Part shown: piece after piece, positions 35,919 to 45,194 of the stretch | How the letters are laid out: each line of letters starts with the position of its first letter | How positions within the stretch are numbered: position 1 is the first letter of the stretch | Translations under genes and position numbers: made by a program | The notes under the pieces: model-generated | Seen by the model: the letters and a program-made list of their open reading frames with translations, nothing else | Databases searched by the model: none | What the model was told of the DNA's origin: nothing | Virus record (IMG/VR): IMGVR_UViG_3300043444_000183 | Span: 52 to 64,051 of that record | DNA: 64,000 nt | Direction: 5' to 3' (one strand) | DNA from: a virus | Lineage: Duplodnaviria > Caudoviricetes

Positions 35919-37675
35919 TAGAACAAGCAAGTTTAATAATTGGAGATGGTAATTGGGCTGTTAAATCAGACAATCTATTAGGATATGCTTTGCCTCAAGG
36001 TAAGTATACGCCTAGAGAGATGTCAGTCGTTCGCGCTACCACAGCTACACGCGTTAATTCGTTAGGACTTGTTGAGCTTGTGCCTTACAATTTATATGAG
36101 CACAGCGAGCAATTTGATAACTCTTATTGGACTAAAGCAGCAGTAACAATTTCAGCTAATGCCACTACTGCGCCAAATGGAACGTTGACTGCTGAAAAAG
36201 CAATAGGAACTGCAACAACTACTGCTCATGATGTTACTCGAAATTTAACTAGACCATCAGGTAGCTATACTACAACGATGTCAATTTATGCTAAGAAATC
36301 GGAAGATAAATATATCTTGTTGCAATTAGCAGATGGAGGCGGAGGTATTGGTATTACCTTTGATGTTGATTTAGGTAATGTATCCGCTGCTGCGGCTACT
36401 TACGGAACTGGTTGGTCTGCCGTTTCAAACTCAATTAGCTCAGTTGGCAATGGCTGGTTTAGAATTATATTTACGGCTACTACAACAAATGCTTCTACAA
36501 GTTTAAATACATCTTATAGGGTTGGTAATATAGCTAATTTATTTGGTGGAAGTACGGGTAATGGCGTTAATGGCGTATTCATTTGGGGAGCGCAAATTGT
36601 AGAAGGCTCAGCCGCCAAAGACTACCAACGCACAGAAACACGATTAAACATCCCAAGGATAGATTACTCATTAGGAAGCTACCCAAGTTTGTTAGTAGAG
36701 CCGCAGAGGACTAATTTGGCTTTAAGAAGCCAAGAGTTTGATAATCCTACATGGCAGAAAGCTGGTGGCACAACAATTACAGCAAATTCCACTACTGCTC
36801 CTGATGGAACATTGACTGCTGATACTTTTAATGCCAGTCAAACTAATTTGCTTTGGCAAAATCTAAGCGCATCAAATAATACTACCTACACACTATCTTT
36901 ATGGGTGAAATTAGGTACGGCAACAAACATTTGCCTAATTGCTAATAACACATTAGGTTGGAATACAATTGGTGGTCAAAGTTTTAATGCTTCAAATGGT
37001 TTAAATACATCTACTTGGACAAGGATTTCATTTACATTTACAACCCCTGTCTTGCCTGTTGGCGCAATTAATATACATTTTGGAGGAAATTCACAAACTG
37101 GCTTAACTCAATCAACAGGAACTGTATTTATATGGGGCGCACAACTCGAAGCTGGTGCATATCCAACCAGTTACATACCGACTACATCAGCAAGTGTAAC
37201 TCGAAATGTTGATATATTACAACGCACAAACGTTTATACTAATGGACTAATAACCGCAAGCGGTGGTACTTGGTATGGTGAAATAAAAAACAACCAAGCA
37301 TTGGTTCGTGATGCATCAAACTATTCATTTGCTTTAAAAAACGCTACCGCATTCAATAGCGGTATTTATTTAAGACAAGCAACTGGTGGCGCACAAAGAT
37401 TAGCTATTGTGCCTTACTCTTCAGGTTCGATTCCTTCAGGGGGTGCATATACCACCTTGACTGATATGGTTAAATTTGCAGCCAAATGGAATGGAACAAG
37501 TTACAATCTTTTCGTTAATGGTGTTCAAGTAGTATCGGGAATCCCTTATACACCTACTCAGTTTGAATTTTTAGAGTGCCCAAGCGGTAGAGATATTCCG
37601 TTATTTATTAGTGCAATGGCTTTGTTTCCTAGTCCATTAACCGATGCCCAATGTATCACCTTAACAACTTTGTAA
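35915..37675 (+). CDS. Head spike/fibre protein (paralog 2)
   Basis: Same motif set as 34224-35918. Confidence 0.8.
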   Translation: MIEQASLIIGDGNWAVKSDNLLGYALPQGKYTPREMSVVRATTATRVNSLGLVELVPYNLYEHSEQFDNSYWTKAAVTISANATTAPNGTLTAEKAIGTATTTAHDVTRNLTRPSGSYTTTMSIYAKKSEDKYILLQLADGGGGIGITFDVDLGNVSAAAATYGTGWSAVSNSISSVGNGWFRIIFTATTTNASTSLNTSYRVGNIANLFGGSTGNGVNGVFIWGAQIVEGSAAKDYQRTETRLNIPRIDYSLGSYPSLLVEPQRTNLALRSQEFDNPTWQKAGGTTITANSTTAPDGTLTADTFNASQTNLLWQNLSASNNTTYTLSLWVKLGTATNICLIANNTLGWNTIGGQSFNASNGLNTSTWTRISFTFTTPVLPVGAINIHFGGNSQTGLTQSTGTVFIWGAQLEAGAYPTSYIPTTSASVTRNVDILQRTNVYTNGLITASGGTWYGEIKNNQALVRDASNYSFALKNATAFNSGIYLRQATGGAQRLAIVPYSSGSIPSGGAYTTLTDMVKFAAKWNGTSYNLFVNGVQVVSGIPYTPTQFEFLECPSGRDIPLFISAMALFPSPLTDAQCITLTTL

Positions 37676-37676
37676 A

Positions 37677-37967
37677 ATGAACATATATAAGCTCACATAC
37701 ACAAACAAGGAGCAAGCAGTTGCAGACCTTGAAGCAAAACAAATCCTAACTGAAAACGGATACGGAGAAGGCGTTCAGGCTGTCGTTGAAATCGGTCTGA
37801 TAGTTTTGGACGTAGTAGACGAACAACCTATCTACGCTGATGGATACCATTACGATGTGATGTCAACTGAAACTTATGACTTTGGAGCAAACCTTGTCGT
37901 ACCTAAGAACCCAAAGCACGCCTTTGCAGGCTATCCTATAACTGAAGAAGTACATGAAGTTCAGTAA
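37677..37967 (+). CDS. Fibre-associated small protein
   Basis: GYHYDVM...PKNPKHAFAG; follows the fibre genes. Confidence 0.7.
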   Translation: MNIYKLTYTNKEQAVADLEAKQILTENGYGEGVQAVVEIGLIVLDVVDEQPIYADGYHYDVMSTETYDFGANLVVPKNPKHAFAGYPITEEVHEVQ

Positions 37968-38277
37968 CCAAGGCACTATTTCTACATCAGGGACGATTAT
38001 ACATACGGCCCCTGACAATAATGTATCTGAACTTCGTTATATGCGATTTAATAATCCGGCTGCATATGTCTTGACGGTATCAAAATATACCGCATCTACA
38101 ACGACAACAACTCAAGTATATTCTGTTACATTGAGCGCAGGTGATACTATCACTGACTCATTTCCATATTTTTTAAACGAAGGTGATTATATAACCGTCA
38201 CATCTAGTGTTTCAGGTACAACATTTATAGCTGAGGGTGAAGATATGCCTAATATAAATGTTGTGAGATGCAGGTAG
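37954..38277 (+). CDS. Small beta-rich structural protein
   Basis: S/T-rich; LNEGDYITV. Confidence 0.65.
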   Translation: MKFSNQGTISTSGTIIHTAPDNNVSELRYMRFNNPAAYVLTVSKYTASTTTTTQVYSVTLSAGDTITDSFPYFLNEGDYITVTSSVSGTTFIAEGEDMPNINVVRCR

Positions 38278-39698
38278 TTGACGCAAATGGTAATATGTTC
38301 GGATATGATCATCTAGAGATCATAGGGGTAGACGGTAAGCCAAAAACCACAGGTGGTGGAGGTGGTCCTTATGTACCATATACTGGGGCAACCGGAGATG
38401 TTGACCTTGGTGAGTATGAGTTGAAAGCAGGTCAATTAGAGTTAGATCAAACACCTACAGGAACAGCAGGTGTTGCTGTCATGAGATGGAATGATCAAGA
38501 TGGTACTGCGGATCTTGGATTAAAGGGTGGAAATGTAACACTTCAGATAGGTCAAGAGCAGGTAACTAGGGTTGTTAATAAGACAGGATCTGATTTATTA
38601 GAGGCTAACTATCAAGCTGTAAGAATTAGTGGTGCTCAGGGTAATCGATTGAAAGTTGACTTAGCTCAGGCTAACAATGATGCTAATAGTGCTGATACAA
38701 TTGGTATTGTTACTGAGACTATATTAAACAATCAAGAGGGCTTTGTTACTACTAGTGGATTAGTAAGAAATATTGACACCACTGGTACGTTGCAAGGTGA
38801 AACCTGGTTAGATGGTAATTTGCTTTATTTAAGTGGGACTATTGCTGGTCAGATAACAAATGTAAAACCGACAGCACCTATACATACTGTCATAATGGGT
38901 TATGTTGTAAGGGCTCATGCTACTCAGGGACAGATATATGTGAAGGTTGATAATGGGTATGAGTTAGATGAGCTTCATAATGTTGCTATCACATCTCCAG
39001 CGAATAATGACTTACTTCAGTACGACTCAGCTACATCACTATGGAAAAATGAGTCATTGTCTTCAGCTGGAATACAACCTTCAATCACGTTAACTACTAC
39101 TGGAACAAGTGGAGCGGCTACTTTGGTTGGGGCAACTTTAAATATTCCTCAGTATGGCGGAGGCGGCGGAGGCGGTGTTCACGGATTTTTAACTCCAAGC
39201 GGAATGGGAGTTACGGCTATGGTCATAACTTCGGGAACTAATACTGCTGTGCCAGCATCAAATACCATGTACGCATATCCAATCATTATGGCAAAAGATT
39301 ATACATTCAATTCTATGCAAATGTATTGCCAATCATTGTTAGCTGGAGCTAATGCCCGAATACTTATTTATTCAGATTTAAACAGCGCCCCAAATACCAA
39401 ATTATATGAAAGCACAACTATTGATTTGTCTACTACGGGAACAAAAACAATAACAAATACCATGACATTTACCAAAGGAACTATTTATTGGATGGTTCTA
39501 CATTGCGGTAATGGAGGCTCTCCACTTTCGATTCGCAGCATGAGTGCATTAACTACAATGCCTATTGGATATCAAAGTAATAATGCTACATATAATCTAA
39601 TCAGTAAATCATCAATTCCATTAGGGAGTGCACCAACGACTTTTGGAGCATCGTCAGTGTCCACACTTAATGCACCACTAATTGCATTATTTCAATAA
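38268..39698 (+). CDS. Fibre-like structural protein
   Basis: YVPYTGATGDVDLG, NGYELDELHNV, LTTTGTSGAATL. Confidence 0.75.
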   Translation: MQVVDANGNMFGYDHLEIIGVDGKPKTTGGGGGPYVPYTGATGDVDLGEYELKAGQLELDQTPTGTAGVAVMRWNDQDGTADLGLKGGNVTLQIGQEQVTRVVNKTGSDLLEANYQAVRISGAQGNRLKVDLAQANNDANSADTIGIVTETILNNQEGFVTTSGLVRNIDTTGTLQGETWLDGNLLYLSGTIAGQITNVKPTAPIHTVIMGYVVRAHATQGQIYVKVDNGYELDELHNVAITSPANNDLLQYDSATSLWKNESLSSAGIQPSITLTTTGTSGAATLVGATLNIPQYGGGGGGGVHGFLTPSGMGVTAMVITSGTNTAVPASNTMYAYPIIMAKDYTFNSMQMYCQSLLAGANARILIYSDLNSAPNTKLYESTTIDLSTTGTKTITNTMTFTKGTIYWMVLHCGNGGSPLSIRSMSALTTMPIGYQSNNATYNLISKSSIPLGSAPTTFGASSVSTLNAPLIALFQ

Positions 39699-39706
39699 CT
39701 AATATT

Positions 39707-39862
39707 ATGGCACAAATTAGGGAAGAAATATATAACGAAGACGGACTAGTAGAAGTTCGTTTTATCGAAGTAGACGAACCTACTACAGAAGAATTGATTG
39801 CTCAAAAAGAGGCGGAACTTCTTGCGATGTATAACGAACTTAAACAACTTAAAGGAGAATGA
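39707..39862 (+). CDS. Small coiled-coil protein (51 aa), possible fibre chaperone
   Basis: Translated by hand: MAQIREEIYNEDG... Confidence 0.65.
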   Translation: MAQIREEIYNEDGLVEVRFIEVDEPTTEELIAQKEAELLAMYNELKQLKGE

Positions 39863-40287
39863 AATACTTATTAATAATACTGATAATATTAACATCTTGC
39901 AGCCCAATAAAACGTTTTACTCGTCTAGTTGAGAAGTATCCATACCTACTTACTCAGGATACATTGATCATCCATGATACTATCAATCTATACATACCTG
40001 AGGTGCATACAGACACTGTAGTAACATTGAGAGAGCTTATTGATACAATAACTCTAACTAAGGACAGAGTTACTGTTAAAACGTGGTATGTGCCAAAAGA
40101 AAAGAAGGTATACATACAAGGCAAATGTGATCCGGTCTATATCACTAAGATAGTTGAGCGTAAGGTGCCTATTAGGACATTCGAGAAGTACCCGTGGTGG
40201 AAGAAGTTGGTCAACAACATGTTGGCTGTTTTTATTATCTTTGTTATCATCTATACAGGCTATAGATTGTTTAAAAGGCTAGTATGA
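39859..40287 (+). CDS. Lipoprotein with C-terminal TM helix (unimolecular spanin candidate)
   Basis: Lipobox LTSC, C-terminal TM helix, next to holin and endolysin. Confidence 0.65.
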   Translation: MKYLLIILIILTSCSPIKRFTRLVEKYPYLLTQDTLIIHDTINLYIPEVHTDTVVTLRELIDTITLTKDRVTVKTWYVPKEKKVYIQGKCDPVYITKIVERKVPIRTFEKYPWWKKLVNNMLAVFIIFVIIYTGYRLFKRLV

Positions 40288-40709
40288 AAACTAACACATT
40301 AATTGTTTTGTCTGCATTATTTACGGTGATTACACCAGCAGTACCTCTTATCTTGGTATCGTTGATGGCGATCTTTGTTGACGCCTGTTTCGGTATCTGG
40401 AGATCTGTTAAGAAGAATGGTTGGGTGTCCTTCCAAAGTAAAAAACTTATAGCTACTGTACAAAAGTCGTTCTTGTATTCAGGAGCGATTTTGTTTTTCT
40501 ATATGATAGAGAAGTACATTGCAGGTGACATCATTGCTCACTTTATATCTGTTGAGTTGCTGATCACAAAAGCAGTTGCATTCTTTTGCGTATTCACTGA
40601 GGTGAAGTCAATTAATGAGAACTATAAAGATGTAACAGGGGTAGATATTCTTACTAAGTTTAAAGCCTTCATGACAGGCCTTAAGAAGGAAAGCGATAAG
40701 TGGAAGTAA
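40284..40709 (+). CDS. Holin
   Basis: Several TM helices, D...G.W, E.KSINEN. Confidence 0.8.
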   Translation: MKTNTLIVLSALFTVITPAVPLILVSLMAIFVDACFGIWRSVKKNGWVSFQSKKLIATVQKSFLYSGAILFFYMIEKYIAGDIIAHFISVELLITKAVAFFCVFTEVKSINENYKDVTGVDILTKFKAFMTGLKKESDKWK

Positions 40710-40710
40710 T

Positions 40711-41175
40711 ATGTTAACTACAGCTCAAATTACAGCCAAGTATGGCAAGCCTAATGAGAAGGGCACATATCTAAAAACAATTAACCTTCCTTACCCAATG
40801 CGTATAGCATGGGATACCGATACTAAGGTAACAAAGATGAGATGCCATAAGGATGTCGCTGATGCCTTTTTGGCTGTGTTTAACGACATTTTAGATGCCT
40901 ATGGGTATGAACGTATTGTCGAGTTAGGGATAGACCTTTACGGAGGATGTTTTAATTTCCGTAAGATGCGCGGTGGTAACTCTTGGAGCACTCACTCTTG
41001 GGGAATTGCCATTGATCTAGATCCTGCGCGAAACACATTAAAGGAGACATCTAAGACAGCTCGCTTCGCTCGTGCTGAGTATAAGGAGATGATTGATATC
41101 TTTTACAAGCATGGTTTTATTAGCCTTGGTCGTGAAAAGAACTACGATTGGATGCACTTTCAAATAAATCACTAA
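40711..41175 (+). CDS. Endolysin, M15-family peptidase
   Basis: [16 protein letters not shown]...DWMHFQ. Confidence 0.9.
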   Translation: MLTTAQITAKYGKPNEKGTYLKTINLPYPMRIAWDTDTKVTKMRCHKDVADAFLAVFNDILDAYGYERIVELGIDLYGGCFNFRKMRGGNSWSTHSWGIAIDLDPARNTLKETSKTARFARAEYKEMIDIFYKHGFISLGREKNYDWMHFQINH

Positions 41176-41184
41176 ATTTGTACA

Positions 41185-41316
41185 ATGAAGAAGGTTGAGC
41201 AGTCAGCAAAGAAGAATGTTAAAGTGAGTCGCCCAGGCATTCACGCTAAAACAAAAACATCTTGTTTAAAGTCTTCAAAAAGTTACAAAAAGAAATATAA
41301 AGGCCAAGGACGATGA
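41185..41316 (+). CDS. Small basic protein ending YKKKYKGQGR (43 aa)
   Basis: Translated by hand; ATG 4 nt after TAAATTTG. Confidence 0.75.
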   Translation: MKKVEQSAKKNVKVSRPGIHAKTKTSCLKSSKSYKKKYKGQGR

Positions 41317-41714
41317 AAGTACAAAATTATAACACTGAAACTCCAAGCACAGGATCAAAAGTATTTGGTTCTAATGATGCTGGTAATACTGTTAATTTCA
41401 GCGTACCAGCTTTATTGGCCTTAAATCAGTCTCCTTCAGTTATCTTAACAAATGCGCTAACTGCCGCTACGTTGACAAACGTAAACACATACTTTACAGG
41501 AACAGCTGGACCGTCTTTTGCGGTCACTCTTCCAGCCGCTAGTTCAAATCTTGATGGCGTCAAGTATGTTGTTATGTCAACAGCTACTCGCGCAACAACA
41601 ACTTGGTCTTCAAGTGGCGCGTCAGTTGTTGGTGCCCCGTCTACACTTACGGCAAATACACCGGTATGCTTGCAATACAGCCATGCATTTTTAACTTGGT
41701 ATATATCAATCTAA
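41313..41714 (+). CDS. Small structural protein
   Basis: S/T/A-rich; VTLPAA. Confidence 0.7.
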   Translation: MKVQNYNTETPSTGSKVFGSNDAGNTVNFSVPALLALNQSPSVILTNALTAATLTNVNTYFTGTAGPSFAVTLPAASSNLDGVKYVVMSTATRATTTWSSSGASVVGAPSTLTANTPVCLQYSHAFLTWYISI

Positions 41715-41720
41715 TATAAT

Positions 41721-41957
41721 ATGAATAAAATCACAAAAGAAGAGCTCGACAAATTAGTCGCAGCCAACAGAATGTATCGCGACTTAAAGTTTGCGGTCGC
41801 TGATATTGAAATGTCTTTTGAGCGCCTTAAAGAGCAGAAGACTTTAACCATGGAACAGCTTAAGGCAGCAACTGTGGATTTATCTGGCACACAGCAGGAG
41901 ATCTATGACAAGTATGGCGATGTTCAGGTAAACCTTCAAACAGGTGAGTATAATTAG
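41721..41957 (+). CDS. Coiled-coil hypothetical protein
   Basis: KYGDVQVNLQTGEY. Confidence 0.75.
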   Translation: MNKITKEELDKLVAANRMYRDLKFAVADIEMSFERLKEQKTLTMEQLKAATVDLSGTQQEIYDKYGDVQVNLQTGEYN

Positions 41958-42165
41958 AAAAATATCGATTGGTCCTGACTACATGAAGTCTATGCACTAC
42001 ATGGTAGGACAGGAAATCCTTGATAAGACATGGAAGATCAATACCATCAGAATTGAAAATGATGGCAGCATCTGTGTTTGGATTATCAAGGATGGAGAGA
42101 TTATTAGATGGAAGTCTTTCTCTCCGACAATGCCAATTGCAATTGAGTATAAAATAGACTACTGA
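41944..42165 (+). CDS. Conserved hypothetical protein
   Basis: IRKISIGPDY..MHY.VGQ. Confidence 0.75.
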   Translation: MSIIRKISIGPDYMKSMHYMVGQEILDKTWKINTIRIENDGSICVWIIKDGEIIRWKSFSPTMPIAIEYKIDY

Positions 42166-42719
42166 TGAAATCCCCATACTGCTTCATTGTAGAACCAATT
42201 GGTCTGAGGCGGTACGATAACATTAAAAAATACGGAGACGTAGATTTTATAATTAGTTCCTCTCAAGAAGACCACAAGGCTTCTAATCGTTTTGCAAAAG
42301 TAATTGCAACTCCTATTTACTATAATGGTCCTGTACAACCAGGAGACACCGTCATAGTTCACCACAACGTATTTAAGTTCTATAACGACATGAAGGGCCG
42401 CCAAAAGAGCAGCTGGAATTATGTCATGGACGATATGTTTTTAGCTGAGCTTGATCAGGTATATGCGTTTAAGCGTGATGCTGATTGGCAGGCCGTTGAG
42501 CCATTTGTATTCATTAAGCCTGTGCCATCAGAGGATAAGGTATTTAGCACACTAGGTGGATTCGAAGAATTGTGGGGAGAGGTTGTTTATCCTAGCAATA
42601 GTTTCGTGTCAAAGGGAGATGTTGTATCTTTTACGCCAGATAGTGAGTATGAGTTTAGGATAGATGATCAATTACTCTATAGAATGTATAATAAGAACCT
42701 ATGTCTAATACAAAAATAA
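42165..42719 (+). CDS. Tandem GroES-like domain protein
   Basis: FIVEP...VQPGDTVIVHH and VFIKP...VSKGDVVSF. Confidence 0.6.
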   Translation: MKSPYCFIVEPIGLRRYDNIKKYGDVDFIISSSQEDHKASNRFAKVIATPIYYNGPVQPGDTVIVHHNVFKFYNDMKGRQKSSWNYVMDDMFLAELDQVYAFKRDADWQAVEPFVFIKPVPSEDKVFSTLGGFEELWGEVVYPSNSFVSKGDVVSFTPDSEYEFRIDDQLLYRMYNKNLCLIQK

Positions 42720-42985
42720 GAATCATAGAGGCTGGTAAGAAGGCTATAAATGAACTGATCAAGGTTCTTGAACAACCTATCATTACACATGCTGAGGACG
42801 ATATATCTGCCGATAAGATGAAGAACGCAGCATCGGCAAAGCGTTTGGCATTTGAGGATGCCATGTTTATGCTTCTAAAGATTGATGAGGAGGAGAACAA
42901 ACAGTCTGAAACACCAATAGCTGAGGTTACTCTAGGTAAGAGTGGTTTCGCTGAGGGAAGAGCAAAGATGAAAAATGGAAAATAA
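42701..42985 (+). CDS. Probable terminase small subunit
   Basis: Small helical ORF overlapping terL; position only. Confidence 0.5.
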   Translation: MSNTKIRIIEAGKKAINELIKVLEQPIITHAEDDISADKMKNAASAKRLAFEDAMFMLLKIDEEENKQSETPIAEVTLGKSGFAEGRAKMKNGK

Positions 42986-45194
42986 TCTGTACCGTATAGT
43001 CACTGATCATATTCAAAAGACTGCTCTTACTACTAAGAACAGTAAGAAAAGTTGGGACTATGGGTACAATAAAGAGTATGACATTATCGTTATATCTAAG
43101 GACGGAACAATCGGTGAGATATACGAGATTAACGGATTAAAGATTGCTATTCCCGCAACGCCAAAGAATATAGACGACCGCGGCAACAAATGGGTTGCAC
43201 AAGAATACCCTGCAGAACTACAGAAAATAAAGTCAATCTTTGACTGGAACCGAAGAGATAATTCGTTTAAGTCGAAGTACGTCGACATGATCGAGACTGA
43301 GTTTGATCGTAGGGATTATGGCTATTGGTTTAAGAACAATGGCAAGCCAACATACATGACCGGCACGCACTATATGTACTTGCAGTGGACTAAGATTGAC
43401 GTTGGTCTTCCTGACTTCCGTGAATCCAACCGAATATTCTTTATATTTTGGGAGGCCACTAAGGCAGACAGCCGTTCATTTGGCATGTGCTACCTAAAGA
43501 ACCGCCGTTCAGGTTTCTCGTTTATGTCTTCAGCAGAGACGTCCAACACAGGTACAATTGTTAGAGACGCGCGTATTGGTATCTTGTCTAAGACAGGTTC
43601 CGATGCCAAGAAGATGTTTACCGATAAGGTGGTGCCTATCGTTAGAAATTACCCCTTCTTTTTCAAGCCGATCCAAGACGGTATGGACAACCCGAAGACG
43701 GAGTTGGCCTTCCGTGTTCCTGCGAGTAAGATTACGCGCAAGAATATGGATGAGGAGCGCGATGATGACATAGAAGGGTTAGATACTACCATTGACTGGA
43801 AAAACACAGCAGACAACAGCTATGACGGCGAGAAGCTGCTTCTACTTGTCCATGACGAGAGCGGGAAATGGGAGAAGCCGGAGAACATCCTAAATAACTG
43901 GCGAGTCACTAAGACGTGTCTTCGACTAGGATCTAAAATCATTGGTAAGTGTATGATGGGTTCTACCTCAAATGCACTTAGTAAGGGTGGTGAGAACTTT
44001 AAGAAGTTGTACTATGACAGCGAGCCAACCAAGCGATCTGCCAATGGTCAGACCAAGTCGGGGCTATATAGTCTTTTTATTCCTATGGAGTGGAACATGG
44101 AAGGCTTTATTGATGAGTATGGATGGCCTGTGTTTGATGATCCAAAGAAACCAATCTTGGGTATCGATGGTGAGGAAATAACAATGGGTGTTATTACCTA
44201 TTGGAACAATGAGGTGGCTGCACTTAAGACTGACTCAGATGCACTCAATGAGTTCTATCGTCAGTTCCCACGCACAGAGTCACATGCTTTCCGTGATGAG
44301 TCTAAGTCATCACTATTTAACCTCACAAAGATCTACCAACAGATTGACTATAATGACGCATTGATCAAGGACCGCGTCCTAACTAAGGGCTACTTCCATT
44401 GGAAGAACGGTGAGCAAGACAGCGAGGTCATTTGGACGCCTGATCCAAACGGAAGGTTTTTGGTGTCATGGATTCCTGAGCAAGCTATGCGGAACAGAGT
44501 GATTGTGAAGAATGGCCGCAAGTGCCCAGGCAATGAACACATCGGTGTGTTTGGGTGTGACCCGTATGACATATCAGGTGTAGTTGGTGGAGGTGGATCT
44601 GCTGGTGCGCTTCATGGATTGACTTCATTTCACATGGAAAATGCACCAACAAATCAATTCTTTTTGGAGTATATTGCTCGTCCTCAGACAGCTGAGATAT
44701 TCTTTGAGGATGTATTAATGGCCTGTCATTTTTATGGAATGCCAATACTTATTGAGAACAACAAGCAGCGACTACTCTACCATTTTAAGAATAGAGGATA
44801 CCGAGCGTTCTCATTAAATAGACCAGATAAACACACCTCAAAACTATCAAAAACAGAGCTTGAACTTGGCGGTATTCCTAACTCATCTGAGGACGTAAAG
44901 CACGCCCACGCTAACTCCATCAACACATACATCGAGGAATATGTTGGTCTTGATCAAGAGGGAACATATAGAGATTCAGACACTATGGGTAGTATGTATT
45001 TTAACAGAACACTCAACGATTGGGCTCGATTTGATATTAATAACAGGACAAAACACGATGCCTCGATTAGCTCAGGACTTGCTATCATGGCGTCTAGAAA
45101 ACACCTATTTATACCTAAGAAAGAGGAATCTAAAATAAGTGTTAAATTTGTAAGATATAAGAATACAGGCATTAGAAGCGAAATCATCGAATAA
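42975..45194 (+). CDS. terL: Terminase large subunit
   Basis: KNRRSGFS (Walker A), VHDESGK (Walker B), GSTSN, GCDPYD, ENN, HDA nuclease motifs. Confidence 0.92.
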   Translation: MENNLYRIVTDHIQKTALTTKNSKKSWDYGYNKEYDIIVISKDGTIGEIYEINGLKIAIPATPKNIDDRGNKWVAQEYPAELQKIKSIFDWNRRDNSFKSKYVDMIETEFDRRDYGYWFKNNGKPTYMTGTHYMYLQWTKIDVGLPDFRESNRIFFIFWEATKADSRSFGMCYLKNRRSGFSFMSSAETSNTGTIVRDARIGILSKTGSDAKKMFTDKVVPIVRNYPFFFKPIQDGMDNPKTELAFRVPASKITRKNMDEERDDDIEGLDTTIDWKNTADNSYDGEKLLLLVHDESGKWEKPENILNNWRVTKTCLRLGSKIIGKCMMGSTSNALSKGGENFKKLYYDSEPTKRSANGQTKSGLYSLFIPMEWNMEGFIDEYGWPVFDDPKKPILGIDGEEITMGVITYWNNEVAALKTDSDALNEFYRQFPRTESHAFRDESKSSLFNLTKIYQQIDYNDALIKDRVLTKGYFHWKNGEQDSEVIWTPDPNGRFLVSWIPEQAMRNRVIVKNGRKCPGNEHIGVFGCDPYDISGVVGGGGSAGALHGLTSFHMENAPTNQFFLEYIARPQTAEIFFEDVLMACHFYGMPILIENNKQRLLYHFKNRGYRAFSLNRPDKHTSKLSKTELELGGIPNSSEDVKHAHANSINTYIEEYVGLDQEGTYRDSDTMGSMYFNRTLNDWARFDINNRTKHDASISSGLAIMASRKHLFIPKKEESKISVKFVRYKNTGIRSEIIE

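Noticed and set aside
34224-37675. Diversity-generating retroelement template/variable repeats
   Set aside because: No reverse transcriptase, and differences between paralogs are not adenine-specific
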